Shown piece by piece: positions 20,883-29,673 of a stretch of DNA of 64,000 nucleotides (its first letter is position 1; each line of letters opens with the position of its first letter). Location: positions 102,561 to 166,560 of the forward strand of contig CALCXO010000029.1 of assembly GCA_937905925.1 (NCBI GenBank), read 5' to 3'. Both the position numbers and the translations under genes were made by a program. Under the pieces are notes generated by a model. That model ran no database searches, was not told where the DNA came from, and saw nothing but the letters and a program-made list of their open reading frames with translations. This stretch comes from an uncultured Atopobium sp. Its GTDB lineage: Bacteria; Actinomycetota; Coriobacteriia; Coriobacteriales; Atopobiaceae.

Positions 20883-21590
20883 TTAGTCCTCCATGAGGTT
20901 ACGAACCTTGGTTGGATCAACCTTGATGCCAGGGCCCATAGTAGAGGAAATAGCAACGGTCTTGACGTACTTACCCTTAGCGCTGGATGGCTTGACACGA
21001 ATAATCTCAGAGAGAAGTGCGCCATAGTTCTCAACAAGCTGCTGGACCTCAAAAGAAGCCTTGCCGATTGCAACGTGGCAGATACCAAAACGGTCTGCAC
21101 GATACTCAACACGACCAGCCTTGAGCTCGTTAACCATCTTTGCAACATCCATGGTAACGGTGCCAAGCTTAGGGTTAGGCATAAGGCCACGAGGACCAAG
21201 AACGCGACCAAGACGACCAACCTTACCCATCATCTGAGGGGTTGCGATTGCTGCGTCAAAGTCAAGCATGCCCTTCTCGACCTCTGCGATGAGCTCGTCG
21301 CCACCGACGATGTCAGCGCCAGCTGCCTCAGCCTCGCGGGCCTTCTCGCCCTCTGCGAAGACTGCAACGCGAACGGTCTTACCAGTGCCGTGAGGCAGAG
21401 AAATGGAACCGCGGACGTTCTGGTCAGCCTTACGAGTATCGACACCAAGGCGAATTGCTACCTCAATGGTCTCGTCAAACTTAGCAGTTGCAAGCTCCTT
21501 AGACAGGGTTACTGCCTCTTTTGGGCTGTAGAGGTTTGCACCGTCTACCTTGGCAACTGCATTCTTGTAGTTCTTTCCGTGCTTAGGCAT
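20883..21590 (-). CDS. rplA: 50S ribosomal protein L1
   Basis: The L1 sequence starts at the ATG at 21590 ([12 protein letters not shown]...), after GGAGG. The track ORF starts at 21629. Confidence 0.94.
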   Translation of the reverse strand: MPKHGKNYKNAVAKVDGANLYSPKEAVTLSKELATAKFDETIEVAIRLGVDTRKADQNVRGSISLPHGTGKTVRVAVFAEGEKAREAEAAGADIVGGDELIAEVEKGMLDFDAAIATPQMMGKVGRLGRVLGPRGLMPNPKLGTVTMDVAKMVNELKAGRVEYRADRFGICHVAIGKASFEVQQLVENYGALLSEIIRVKPSSAKGKYVKTVAISSTMGPGIKVDPTKVRNLMED

Positions 21591-21703
21591 TATGTACCTC
21601 CTGTGGTTAGCGGGCGTCTGCCCTCCCACTCCTGCATCTTCCGTCCATAGTTACGCCCTCTTGGCGAGAAACCCAACTACGTGCACTAACGTCGGATGCT
21701 CTG

Positions 21704-21739
21704 ACAAAACAACCGTCAGCCACACAAATGGCTGACGGG
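21704..21739 (-). promoter_or_regulatory. Stem-loop between rplK and rplA (attenuator/terminator-like)
   Basis: The minus strand reads CCGTCAGCC-atttgtgt-GGCTGACGG followed by TTGTTTTG. A GGGTTTCTCGCC motif copy lies between it and rplA. Confidence 0.4.
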
Positions 21740-21747
21740 AGTAAACA

Positions 21748-22176
21748 CTACTCGGCGATGGTTACACCCATGGAACGAGCGGTACCAGCGACGATCTTCT
21801 TTGCAGCCTCAATGTCGTTTGCGTTGAGGTCAGGCATCTTGATCTCAGCAATCTTGGTGAGCTGCTCCTGGGAGAGCTGGCCAACCTTATCGCGCTGAGG
21901 AACACCGGAACCACCCTTGAGATGAAGCTCCTTCTTGATGAGCTGAGCTGCTGGAGGAGTCTTGGTTACGAAGTCAAAGGAGCGATCCTCGTAAACAGAA
22001 ATCTCGACTGGGATGATGTCGCCAGCCTTGTCCTGAGTTGCAGCGTTGAATGCCTGGCAGAACTGCATAATGTTGACCTGTGCAGCACCCAGAGCTGGTC
22101 CTACTGGAGGAGCTGGGTTTGCCTGGCCTGCAGGAATCTGCAGCTTAATAAAGTTAACAACCTTCTTTGCGGGCAT
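21748..22176 (-). CDS. rplK: 50S ribosomal protein L11
   Basis: 142-aa [33 protein letters not shown]..., an L11 hallmark sequence. Confidence 0.96.
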   Translation of the reverse strand: MPAKKVVNFIKLQIPAGQANPAPPVGPALGAAQVNIMQFCQAFNAATQDKAGDIIPVEISVYEDRSFDFVTKTPPAAQLIKKELHLKGGSGVPQRDKVGQLSQEQLTKIAEIKMPDLNANDIEAAKKIVAGTARSMGVTIAE

Positions 22177-22272
22177 GTTAAGCCTCCTGTTTGAATACGT
22201 TTGAGTCTATTCTCGCGCACTCCCGAGAAGCAATCCACAAGGGACGAGAAGTGCGGGATAAGCCGTTAGTTA

Positions 22273-22818
22273 CTAGTCTATCAGGGAAATCTGATCCATG
22301 GTGAGCTCAACTGGAGTCTCGCGACCAAAGATGGTGAGCATAACCTTGATCTTGCCAGACTCTGCGTTGACCTCGGAAACAGTTCCGTCGAAGTCAGCGA
22401 GTGGACCAGAAAGAACGTGAATTGCCTGACCGACCTCAATATTGGTTGCTGTACGCTTAGGTACAGGGCTACCCGTCTTCATACCGCCGCGACGCATAAT
22501 CTTATCGAACTCATCACGACGCAGAGGAACTGGCTTGCCGTCAATGCCAACAAAACCAGTTACGCCTGGGGTGTTGCGAACAACAGCCCAAGTATTGTCA
22601 TCCAGCTCCATGCGAACAAGAACGTAACCTGGGAAAACCTTAGACTCTTTGGTCTCGCGCTTGCCGCCGTCCTTGACCTCAGTAACTTCCTCAGTAGGAA
22701 TCTGAATATCAACAACAGCACGCTCAAGGCCATAGGTCTCAATACGGTGCTCAAGGTCTGTCTTTACCTTGTTCTCATAACCTGAATAGGTGTGAACTAC
22801 ATACCAGCGCTTAGCCAT
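22273..22818 (-). CDS. nusG: Transcription termination/antitermination factor NusG
   Basis: 181-aa ORF with NGN plus KOW domains (WYVVHTYSGYENKV...), positioned between secE and rplK. Confidence 0.94.
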   Translation of the reverse strand: MAKRWYVVHTYSGYENKVKTDLEHRIETYGLERAVVDIQIPTEEVTEVKDGGKRETKESKVFPGYVLVRMELDDNTWAVVRNTPGVTGFVGIDGKPVPLRRDEFDKIMRRGGMKTGSPVPKRTATNIEVGQAIHVLSGPLADFDGTVSEVNAESGKIKVMLTIFGRETPVELTMDQISLID

Positions 22819-22821
22819 TGA

Positions 22822-23184
22822 TTATCCCCTCAGTCCAGTAAAGGCGACGAGACCAGCAACAATGCCAGTATCAACCAGCCAAGTTACCAAGCCAAAGAAA
22901 ATGATTGTTGCAATTACGGCTACAGAGAAACCAGCAAGCTCAGAGCTTGAAGGCCACACGACGCGGTGCATTTCTGTACGAACGCCTGCAAAATAAGCAC
23001 CCAGGCGGCCAAAGAAGCCAGGGTTGGCGTTACGCTGAATGGACTTCTCCTGCTTCTTTGCCTCAGCCTTAGTGGCCTTAGCAGAAGCTTCAGGAGTAAC
23101 TTCAGCCTGAAGGGCCTCACGCTGGGCGCGCTCTTCTGCGCGAGCCTTACGTGCGCTCCTCTTATTGCGCTCCTTATTTGCCAT
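22822..23184 (-). CDS. secE: Preprotein translocase subunit SecE
   Basis: 120 aa with a basic N-terminal tail, ...EMHRVVWPS... and a C-terminal TM helix. Conserved position upstream of nusG. Confidence 0.88.
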   Translation of the reverse strand: MANKERNKRSARKARAEERAQREALQAEVTPEASAKATKAEAKKQEKSIQRNANPGFFGRLGAYFAGVRTEMHRVVWPSSSELAGFSVAVIATIIFFGLVTWLVDTGIVAGLVAFTGLRG

Positions 23185-23255
23185 CCTACGCTCCCTTGGA
23201 TGTTATACCTACATACAAACCGGCCAACCCTTATGGGAAGGCCGGTGAAGTTATC

Positions 23256-23331
23256 TGGCAGGCCAGGAAGGACTCGAACCCTCAACAAACGGTTTTGGAG
23301 ACCGCCGCTCTACCATTGGAGCTACTGGCCT
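23256..23331 (-). tRNA. trpT: tRNA-Trp (CCA)
   Basis: The reverse complement folds as a cloverleaf: AGGCCAG/TA/GCTC..GAGC/GCGGT-CTCCAAA-ACCGT/.../CTGGCCT-G-CCA. Anticodon CCA. Confidence 0.92.
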
Positions 23332-23349
23332 AGAACGAACCCACCTAGC

Positions 23350-23499
23350 CTAGCGGGTCTCGCGATGTACCGTGTGCTTGTGGCACCATGGGCAGTACTT
23401 CTTCAACTCCATACGATCTGGGTTGTTGGACTTATTCTTGTCCGTAGTGTAATTACGACGCTTGCACTCAGTGCAGGCGAGAGTAACGAGTGTACGCAT
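23350..23499 (-). CDS. rpmG: 50S ribosomal protein L33
   Basis: A 49-aa ORF not in the track: [49 protein letters not shown]. It has a CxxC...CxxC zinc ribbon and GGAGGATCA precedes the ATG. Confidence 0.9.
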   Translation of the reverse strand: MRTLVTLACTECKRRNYTTDKNKSNNPDRMELKKYCPWCHKHTVHRETR

Positions 23500-23628
23500 T
23501 GATCCTCCTGAACACGGTCACGAGATGTATTCTCGAAATGTGACGCGGTTGCTTAGGTTAGCACCCACTACCCAGAGATGTCAATACTTTTCTCTAATTA
23601 CTCTAGGCGTTCACATATTTTTTCTCGA

Positions 23629-23660
23629 CAAAAAACCCGGCGCGCAAAAAGCACGCCGGG
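23629..23660 (-). terminator. Intrinsic terminator after tuf
   Basis: The minus strand reads CCCGGCG-tgctttttgcg-CGCCGGG followed by TTTTTTG. Confidence 0.7.
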
Positions 23661-23683
23661 CAAGTTAGCAACTTTAAAAGAAG

Positions 23684-24889
23684 TTACTCGATGACGGTGG
23701 AAACACGGCCATCGCCGACGGTGTGGCCACCCTCGCGGATAGCGAACTTCAGACCCTGCTCAAGAGCGATTGGGTGAATGAGCTCGCAACCAACGGTGAT
23801 GTGGTCGCCAGGCATAGCCATCTCTACCTTGCCACCGTTTGCATCGGTGAGCTCGTAGATGTCGCCGGTTACGTCAGTTGTACGGAAGTAGAACTGTGGA
23901 CGGTAACCAGAGAAGAATGGGGTGTGACGGCCGCCCTCTTCCTTAGTAAGAACGTAAACCTCACCGGTGAACTTCTTGTGTGGAGTAACGGTACCAGGCT
24001 TGCAGAGAACCTGACCGCGCTCGATATCCTCGCGCTTAACACCACGAAGAAGAATACCAACGTTGTCGCCAGCCTCGCAGAAGTCCATGGTCTTACGGAA
24101 CATCTCAATGCCGGTAGCAACAGAGTTCTGAGTTGGCTTAATACCAACGATCTCGACTGGATCGTTGAGCTTGAGCTCACCACGCTCAACACGGCCGGTA
24201 GCAACGGTACCACGACCAGAAATGGTCATGACGTCCTCGATTGCCATCAGGAATGGCTTCTCGTTGTCACGAGCTGGTGTTGGGATGTAGGAGTCAACAG
24301 TGTGCATGAGCTCACGGATGGACTCAACCCACTTCTCCTCGCCGTTAAGAGCGCCGAGAGCGGAACCACGGATGATTGGAAGGTCATCGCCTGGGAAGTC
24401 GTACTCGGAGAGAAGGTCACGGGTCTCCATCTCGACGAGGTCGATGAGCTCGTCATCGTCGACCATGTCGCACTTGTTCAGGAAGACGACGATGTAAGGA
24501 ACGCCGACCTGACGTGCAAGAAGGATGTGCTCACGAGTCTGAGCCATAGGACCATCGGTTGCAGCAATAACGAGGATTGCGCCGTCCATCTGAGCTGCAC
24601 CAGAAATCATGTTCTTGATGTAGTCTGCGTGGCCAGGGCAGTCGACGTGAGCGTAATGGCGCTCCCAAGTCTCGTACTCAACGTGAGCAACGGAAATGGT
24701 AATACCACGCTGACGCTCCTCTGGAGCCTTATCGATGTTCTCGAAGGCGGTATAGTCTGCCTTGCAGCCCTCAGTCTCAGAGAGAACCTTGGTGATTGCT
24801 GCGGTAAGGGTAGTCTTACCGTGGTCGACGTGACCAATGGTACCGATGTTTACGTGTGGCTTTGTGCGGTCAAACTTTTCCTTGGCCAT
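23684..24889 (-). CDS. tuf: Elongation factor Tu
   Basis: [28 protein letters not shown].... The ATG at 24889 lies 6 nt after GGAGGA. The track ORF begins two codons earlier at a TTG. Confidence 0.97.
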   Translation of the reverse strand: MAKEKFDRTKPHVNIGTIGHVDHGKTTLTAAITKVLSETEGCKADYTAFENIDKAPEERQRGITISVAHVEYETWERHYAHVDCPGHADYIKNMISGAAQMDGAILVIAATDGPMAQTREHILLARQVGVPYIVVFLNKCDMVDDDELIDLVEMETRDLLSEYDFPGDDLPIIRGSALGALNGEEKWVESIRELMHTVDSYIPTPARDNEKPFLMAIEDVMTISGRGTVATGRVERGELKLNDPVEIVGIKPTQNSVATGIEMFRKTMDFCEAGDNVGILLRGVKREDIERGQVLCKPGTVTPHKKFTGEVYVLTKEEGGRHTPFFSGYRPQFYFRTTDVTGDIYELTDANGGKVEMAMPGDHITVGCELIHPIALEQGLKFAIREGGHTVGDGRVSTVIE

Positions 24890-24995
24890 TGCCAATCCTC
24901 CTTCTGGAACTAACCCTCGGGCTAGACCGTGGTGAAAAAACGTCTGTTTATACTCAACGGCGCAAATGTCTAGGACATGTACGCCGTAAAGAGTC

Positions 24996-25072
24996 TGGTA
25001 CCGGCGACTGGATTCGAACCAGTGACGTCACGGGTATGAGCCGTGTGCTCTAACCAGCTGAGCTACGCCGGC
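24996..25072 (-). tRNA. tRNA with CAT anticodon (elongator tRNA-Met type, or tRNA-Ile2 if lysidine-modified)
   Basis: Cloverleaf GCCGGCG/TA/GCTC..GAGC/CACGG-CTCATAC-CCGTG/ACGTC/ACTGG-TTCGAAT-CCAGT/CGCCGGT-A-CCA. It lacks the initiator features (no 1:72 mismatch, no three consecutive G-C pairs (G29-G31:C39-C41) closing the anticodon stem). Confidence 0.85.
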
Positions 25073-25091
25073 ATAAATGCCGCTTGAAAAA

Positions 25092-25167
25092 TGGAGCCCG
25101 CGACCGGATTTGAACCGGTGACCTCTTCGTTACCAACGAAGTGCTCTACCTACTGAGCTACACGGGC
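25092..25167 (-). tRNA. tRNA-Thr (GGT)
   Basis: Cloverleaf GCCCGTG/.../CTTCG-TTGGTAA-CGAAG/.../CGCGGGC-T-CCA. Confidence 0.9.
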
Positions 25168-25168
25168 G

Positions 25169-25252
25169 TGGTGGGGATACTTGGACTCGAACCAAGGAAC
25201 CCAGAGGGAGCGGATTTACAGTCCGCCGCAGTTGCCGCTGTGCCATATCCCC
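25169..25252 (-). tRNA. tRNA-Tyr (GTA), long variable arm
   Basis: Acceptor stem GGGGATA/TATCCCC-A-CCA, anticodon stem-loop GCGGA-CTGTAAA-TCCGC, 84 nt. Confidence 0.88.
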
Positions 25253-25360
25253 GAATGCCGTTTTCAAGCACTCTAGAAGCAATTGTGTACGCTGTTTACC
25301 TTGCGGTTTAACGTACGCAGGAAGTCTAGTTGATCTTCCAATTACCTCTCAAGCGGGAAA

Positions 25361-25389
25361 ATATTACGATTGAATAAAAATCTTGTCAA
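25361..25389 (-). promoter_or_regulatory. Candidate strong promoter for the tRNA-Tyr/Thr/Met-tuf transcription unit
   Basis: The minus strand reads TTGACA-17 nt-TAATAT about 100 nt upstream of tRNA-Tyr. Further upstream lie GATACGCCCGG (25404-25414), an A/T tract and the 24-bp tandem array. Confidence 0.55.
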
Positions 25390-25429
25390 CGTAATCCACC
25401 CAACCGGGCGTATCTTATCAATTTTTTTC

Positions 25430-25548
25430 CACAATTTCAAGCGATTTTCTCGCCACGATTCCATGCGGTTTTCTGGCCACAACTTCAAGCGGGTTTCTCG
25501 ACACAACTCCACCGATTTTCTCGTCACAACTCCAAGCGGGTTTCTGGC
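25430..25548. repeat. Tandem array, 5 x 24 bp (one unit is 23 bp)
   Basis: Units: CACAATTTCAAGCGATTTTCTCGC / CACGATTCCATGCGGTTTTCTGGC / CACAACTTCAAGCGGGTTTCTCGA / CACAACTCCACCGATTTTCTCGT / CACAACTCCAAGCGGGTTTCTGGC. Confidence 0.9.
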
Positions 25549-25623
25549 CAGCCGCATACGGGCTTTTACGGTTGTCTATAAAAGCCATACGCGATACGTC
25601 GCGAATGCCCTAAAATTCGCACG

Positions 25624-25648
25624 AAAAAAGCCAGGCAATGCCTGGCTG
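25624..25648 (-). terminator. Intrinsic terminator after tRNA-Thr(TGT)
   Basis: The minus strand reads AGCCAGGC-att-GCCTGGCT followed by TTTTTT. Confidence 0.7.
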
Positions 25649-25658
25649 AAAATTCAAG

Positions 25659-25734
<76 letters not shown>

Positions 25735-25893
25735 ATCAAGTGCAGAGGATATTCTATAGACTTTTCTGACTTTGGTCTAGTCTCAATTTTCGAGAAATTT
25801 TTCTCCACAAACTGGTCAATGTGGCTCGTAGGAGCGCTGCCCTTCTGTGGGGGTGAACTTGGTACAAATGCGCTGTCTGGTTAAGTTTAGTCA

Positions 25894-26013
25894 GCCTGAA
25901 AAGTACATCATGTCTGAGTAAAACAGCTCAGACATGACGAGAAAAACCGGCAAAACACTCAGACTTGGCGCACTTTTCCGGCAAATCGTTCAGACTTGGC
26001 GAGAAAATCAGGC
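25894..26013 (+). repeat. Family-2 intergenic repeat, copy 2
   Basis: GCCTGAAAAGTACATCATGTCTGAG...CTCAGACATGACGAGAAAAACCGGCAAA...CAGACTTGGCGCACTTTTCCGGC, plus one extra unit. Homologous to 19202-19321. Confidence 0.8.
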
Positions 26014-26068
26014 TCGATGAAAGCGCCCATGAACCACACCAGATTCAAAAGTCACGTCACGAAATGCC

Positions 26069-26189
26069 CGCCTGAAAAGTGCAAAGATTCTGTATTTAAG
26101 CCACCGATTCTTTAACAAAATCAGGCAAATCCACAGATTCTTTGCTGTTATCAGGCAGAATTTACAGATTCTTTGCAGAAATCAGGCGC
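26069..26189 (+). repeat. Family-1 intergenic repeat, copy C
   Basis: CGCCTGAAAAGTGCAAAGATTCTGTA ... TACAGATTCTTTGCAGAAATCAGGCGC. Confidence 0.9.
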
Positions 26190-26288
26190 GCTGATTGCGC
26201 CCAGGCACGTCGAGTGCATTGGCGCGTCAGTCAAATTGGCGCGTCGGGCGTATTAGCGCGTGGGCGCTTGCGACGCTGACCTGGTCAC

Positions 26289-26867
26289 CTATTTGCCCAG
26301 TAGCTTCCAGAGTTTCTCGCGCTGTTCTGGAGAAATGCGGTCTTCAAGCGTCATGCGCGTACTGACCTGATTGCGACGCATCTCTTCGACAACGTTATCT
26401 GCTTGGGAAATCTCATGGACCAGAGATGCGCTTGCAATGCGCGTGACCTCGCCGGGGCCAAAGCCGGCCGTAGCGCGGATGTCCCTGTCCGACGTAACCA
26501 GAAATACCTTGCGACCAGCTTCTCGCGCGTCCGTGACCAGGCGCTCAATAACGCTATCCGCGGACTCCCCAGTCTCGGAAAAAACCAGTTGCACGCCAGC
26601 GTGGGTGCGCTCCGGGCGCTCGTCGTTTACGTTTCCCTTGCCGTCAAACACAATAACGGCCTCGTAGGTGCCCTGCGCAAACGTGGCAACGTCAGAAATG
26701 AGCGCCAAACGGGCGCGATAAAACGGATCGGTGTTGAGGTGATAGGCTCTCTCAGCAGCGGTTTCTTGTGCAGAAGAGCCACGCTCATCCAGCAATGCCT
26801 CATAGCGAGGAGTTGCCAACATGACGTTATAGCCATCGACTACAAGCAGCGATTTTTTCTGAGCCAT
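26289..26867 (-). CDS. yacP: NYN-domain ribonuclease, YacP/Rae1 family
   Basis: 192 aa with N-terminus LLVVDGYNVM and ...VVFDG...LVTSDR..., typical of YacP. It sits in the conserved cysS-rlmB-yacP neighbourhood known from Bacillus. Confidence 0.75.
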   Translation of the reverse strand: MAQKKSLLVVDGYNVMLATPRYEALLDERGSSAQETAAERAYHLNTDPFYRARLALISDVATFAQGTYEAVIVFDGKGNVNDERPERTHAGVQLVFSETGESADSVIERLVTDAREAGRKVFLVTSDRDIRATAGFGPGEVTRIASASLVHEISQADNVVEEMRRNQVSTRMTLEDRISPEQREKLWKLLGK

Positions 26868-26894
26868 ACCTTACGCTTCCTGGGCTTCCTGGGC

Positions 26895-27947
26895 TTACGC
26901 TTCCTGAGTCCTGCGGAGCCACTCGTAGCACATGACCGTCGTTGCCTGAGCAACGTTCAGGGACTCTACCTGGCCAAACTGAGGAAGTTTGCACGTAAAA
27001 TCGCACTTCTCGAGCATAAGGCGAGAAATTCCTGAACCTTCAGAGCCCATGACAAGTGCAAGGCGACCTCCCATAGGAGCCTCCCACACGGACTGAGTGG
27101 CGTGCTCGGTAGAGCCACATGTCCAAAAACCTGCGGCTTTAAGCTCTTCAAGAGCGCGTGGCAGATTTGAAACCTGAGCAATTGGCAGGTGAAGCACAGC
27201 TCCTGCGGAAGTCTTGTATGCTCCAACGCCAACTCGGGCGGCGCGAGCGTTTGCAATGACGACGCCGGCTGCGCCAACTACCTCGGCACTTCTTACGATT
27301 GCACCAAAGTTTCCCTCGTCAGTGACGTGATCCAAGACCACAACCAGAGCGTTTTCTGATCCAGCGCGCTGAATGATTTCAGAGAGGTCAGCGTAGGCAA
27401 ACGGCTGCGTACGGACAATAGCACCCTGGTGAGCGCCATGGCTTGAAAGCGAGTCAAGCACGGGCTTTGCAACACGCTCGACAGGAATACCCTCCTGCTC
27501 AAGCTGGCGTGCAAGCGCCTCAATCTCTTGGTCTTTCTGCCCACTTGCAGCTTGAACCAGCGCATTCTTCAAAGGAATACCAACGGTCAGCGCCTCTGCT
27601 ACTGCGCGACGACCCTCGATAAGATCGGTTGCAGGCTTCTTGTTACCGGGACGTCCAGCGCCAGCGCCTCGCTGTCCACCAGCGCCTTTCTGTCCGCGGG
27701 TGCCCTGAGCTGCGCGTGCGCCCTGTGCAGAACGACCACCTTTTGAGCCCTGGCCATTCTTGGCACCGAAATAACCGCCCCAGTCGGCAGCCTTCTTGGA
27801 GCCGCGACCTGCGCCACTGCGACCTGCAGCGCCACCGCGACCTGCAGCTCCCCCACGACCCGCAGCGCCACCGCGACCAGCGCCGCCGCGTCCGGCAGCT
27901 CCCTCGGAGCGAGTGTTTTTAGAGGTAGAACGCTGATTTCTTGCCAT
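26895..27947 (-). CDS. rlmB: TrmH/SpoU-family 23S rRNA 2'-O-methyltransferase (RlmB-like) with a Gly/Arg-rich N-terminal tail
   Basis: C-terminal SpoU methylase motifs (LVMGSEGSGISRLMLEKCDF...IPQFGQVESLNVAQA). About 100 N-terminal residues are (G/A)GRGG-type low complexity. Confidence 0.85.
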   Translation of the reverse strand: MARNQRSTSKNTRSEGAAGRGGAGRGGAAGRGGAAGRGGAAGRSGAGRGSKKAADWGGYFGAKNGQGSKGGRSAQGARAAQGTRGQKGAGGQRGAGAGRPGNKKPATDLIEGRRAVAEALTVGIPLKNALVQAASGQKDQEIEALARQLEQEGIPVERVAKPVLDSLSSHGAHQGAIVRTQPFAYADLSEIIQRAGSENALVVVLDHVTDEGNFGAIVRSAEVVGAAGVVIANARAARVGVGAYKTSAGAVLHLPIAQVSNLPRALEELKAAGFWTCGSTEHATQSVWEAPMGGRLALVMGSEGSGISRLMLEKCDFTCKLPQFGQVESLNVAQATTVMCYEWLRRTQEA

Positions 27948-27949
27948 AG

Positions 27950-29431
27950 TTAGTCTGCCTTACGCTTAAGTCGAGCGCCAGCGGCGGTATCTTCAATCAA
28001 AAGTCCAAGCTCGGCAATGCCGTCTCTAATTTGATCAGCAACTGCCCAGTTCTTCTGGGAGCGAGCCTCCTGACGAGCAGCAAGCAAAGCCTCTGCAGCC
28101 TCGTCAGCTGACGTGCCCTCATAACCTGCTACCTGTGCTGCAAGCGCCACAAGCTCTTCTGGTAAATCAGAGGTAGACGCCGCCTGAGTCAAATCAATTC
28201 CCAAAGCTCCCGTGAGCTCGCACAACATATCTGCTGCACGGAGAACAGGACTTGCGCCAACGTTCTGACCAACCTCTGCAAGATATGTATTTGCAGCAGT
28301 TACCAGAGCAAAGATAGCAGCGAGTGCTCCTGCGGTATTGAAATCATCATCCATCTGAGCGTCAAACTCGCTCTGAGCTGTATTGATTGCCTCAGCAAGC
28401 GTGCTATCAGCGTCGGAAAGTTCGTGCTGAGCAGAAGACTGCTTGAAAGCCCAGCGGAGATTTGCAACGCAGGTCTTCATGCGCTCAAGCGTACCAACGG
28501 TGCCCTCAAGACGCTCAAACGAGAAATCAAGTGGTGCGCGATAGTGCGTTTGAAGCATCAAAAGTCTTACTGCATCTGCAGGGTACTTGTCCAAAACTTC
28601 CTTGAGTGTGTAGAAGTTGCCCAAAGACTTGGACATCTTCTCGCCATCAACGCGAAGCATTCCGGTGTGCATCCAATAATTGGCGAGAGGAGCGTGCCAG
28701 GCGCAGGATGCCTGCGCGGTCTCGTTCTCATGATGAGGAAATACCAGGTCAGAGCCACCACCGTGAATGTCAATTGGAGTACCCAGGTAGCGATGAATCA
28801 TGGCGCAGCACTCACTGTGCCAACCTGGACGACCTTCTCCCCAAGGGCTTGGCCAGCTAGGCTCACCAGGCTTTGCAGCCTTCCAGAGTGCAAAGTCAAA
28901 TGGATCGCGTTTCTCGTCATTAACCTCAACACGCTCACCTGCACGAAGCTGATTAAGATCGCGACCAGAAAGCACGCCATAGCCGTGGTCAGAACGGACC
29001 GAGAAGTACACGTCGCCCGAAGGCACCGCGTAAGCGTGACCCTGCTCAATCAAAGATTGAATCATCTGTAGCATGGCTTCAATCTCGTGCGTTGCGCGAG
29101 GACGAATATCCGGATCTAGAATATTGAAGCGGTGCATCTGCTCGATAAACGCCTGAGAAAACTCTTCAGAAACCTCTTGAGCAGTCCTTCCCTGCTCAAT
29201 AGCGCGCTGAATAATCTTGTCGTCAACGTCAGTCAGGTTCTGAGCGAAGGTGACCTCATAACCTTTGTGCATCAGATAACGTCGAATAACGTCAAACGAG
29301 AGGAAGGTACGGGCGTTTCCGATGTGAATCTGATCGTAAACCGTAGGACCGCACACGTACATGCGGATTTTGCCCTCGTCGATTGGCTTGAACTCTTCTT
29401 TTTTATGCGTCTGAGTGTTATAGACAAGCAT
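27950..29431 (-). CDS. cysS: Cysteinyl-tRNA synthetase
   Basis: Class I aaRS motifs (CGPTVYDQIHIGNARTF; KMSKSLGN). The ATG at 29431 (MLVYNTQTHKKE...) follows GAGGAG. The track ORF starts at 29500. Confidence 0.94.
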   Translation of the reverse strand: MLVYNTQTHKKEEFKPIDEGKIRMYVCGPTVYDQIHIGNARTFLSFDVIRRYLMHKGYEVTFAQNLTDVDDKIIQRAIEQGRTAQEVSEEFSQAFIEQMHRFNILDPDIRPRATHEIEAMLQMIQSLIEQGHAYAVPSGDVYFSVRSDHGYGVLSGRDLNQLRAGERVEVNDEKRDPFDFALWKAAKPGEPSWPSPWGEGRPGWHSECCAMIHRYLGTPIDIHGGGSDLVFPHHENETAQASCAWHAPLANYWMHTGMLRVDGEKMSKSLGNFYTLKEVLDKYPADAVRLLMLQTHYRAPLDFSFERLEGTVGTLERMKTCVANLRWAFKQSSAQHELSDADSTLAEAINTAQSEFDAQMDDDFNTAGALAAIFALVTAANTYLAEVGQNVGASPVLRAADMLCELTGALGIDLTQAASTSDLPEELVALAAQVAGYEGTSADEAAEALLAARQEARSQKNWAVADQIRDGIAELGLLIEDTAAGARLKRKAD

Positions 29432-29673
29432 GCATACTCCTCGCAACCATTGTGTATTGGTGTAAGTATAAACGGTTTGTGGAAAACCTTTGAGTTCCAT
29501 ACCGTACTAATCAAGATTCAATTTTGTTACCGTTCACGGATTAGTGCTGGATTTGTTTTTTTGTTTTATTAAACTTGATGAACAAAAATTTAAGAAATTT
29601 ATATTTGAATCAAAACTGCGAAGAACTAGAAGACAAGAAATCTTACTCTTAACAACTTCAGAAGGTGATTTGA

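Noticed and set aside
23723-24913. 396-aa plus-strand ORF opposite tuf
   Set aside because: Antisense shadow of EF-Tu with no SD or recognisable protein features.
25430-25548. Possible CRISPR array
   Set aside because: The units are directly abutting 24-bp repeats with no unique spacers, and there are no cas genes in the window. This is a plain tandem repeat.
29578-29652. 24-codon ORF (MNKNLRNLYLNQNCEELEDKKSYS) just upstream of the AT-rich ABC exporter, as a possible exported peptide
   Set aside because: It has no Shine-Dalgarno sequence and no double-glycine or lantibiotic-type leader. The ABC protein lacks a C39 peptidase domain. Short ORFs of this kind arise easily in AT-rich DNA.
29432-29673. 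T-box or other leader upstream of cysS (and similarly upstream of lysS at 38405-38470)
   Set aside because: No specifier-loop or T-box consensus is visible. The lysS upstream region is fully explained by the greA terminator plus an SD.
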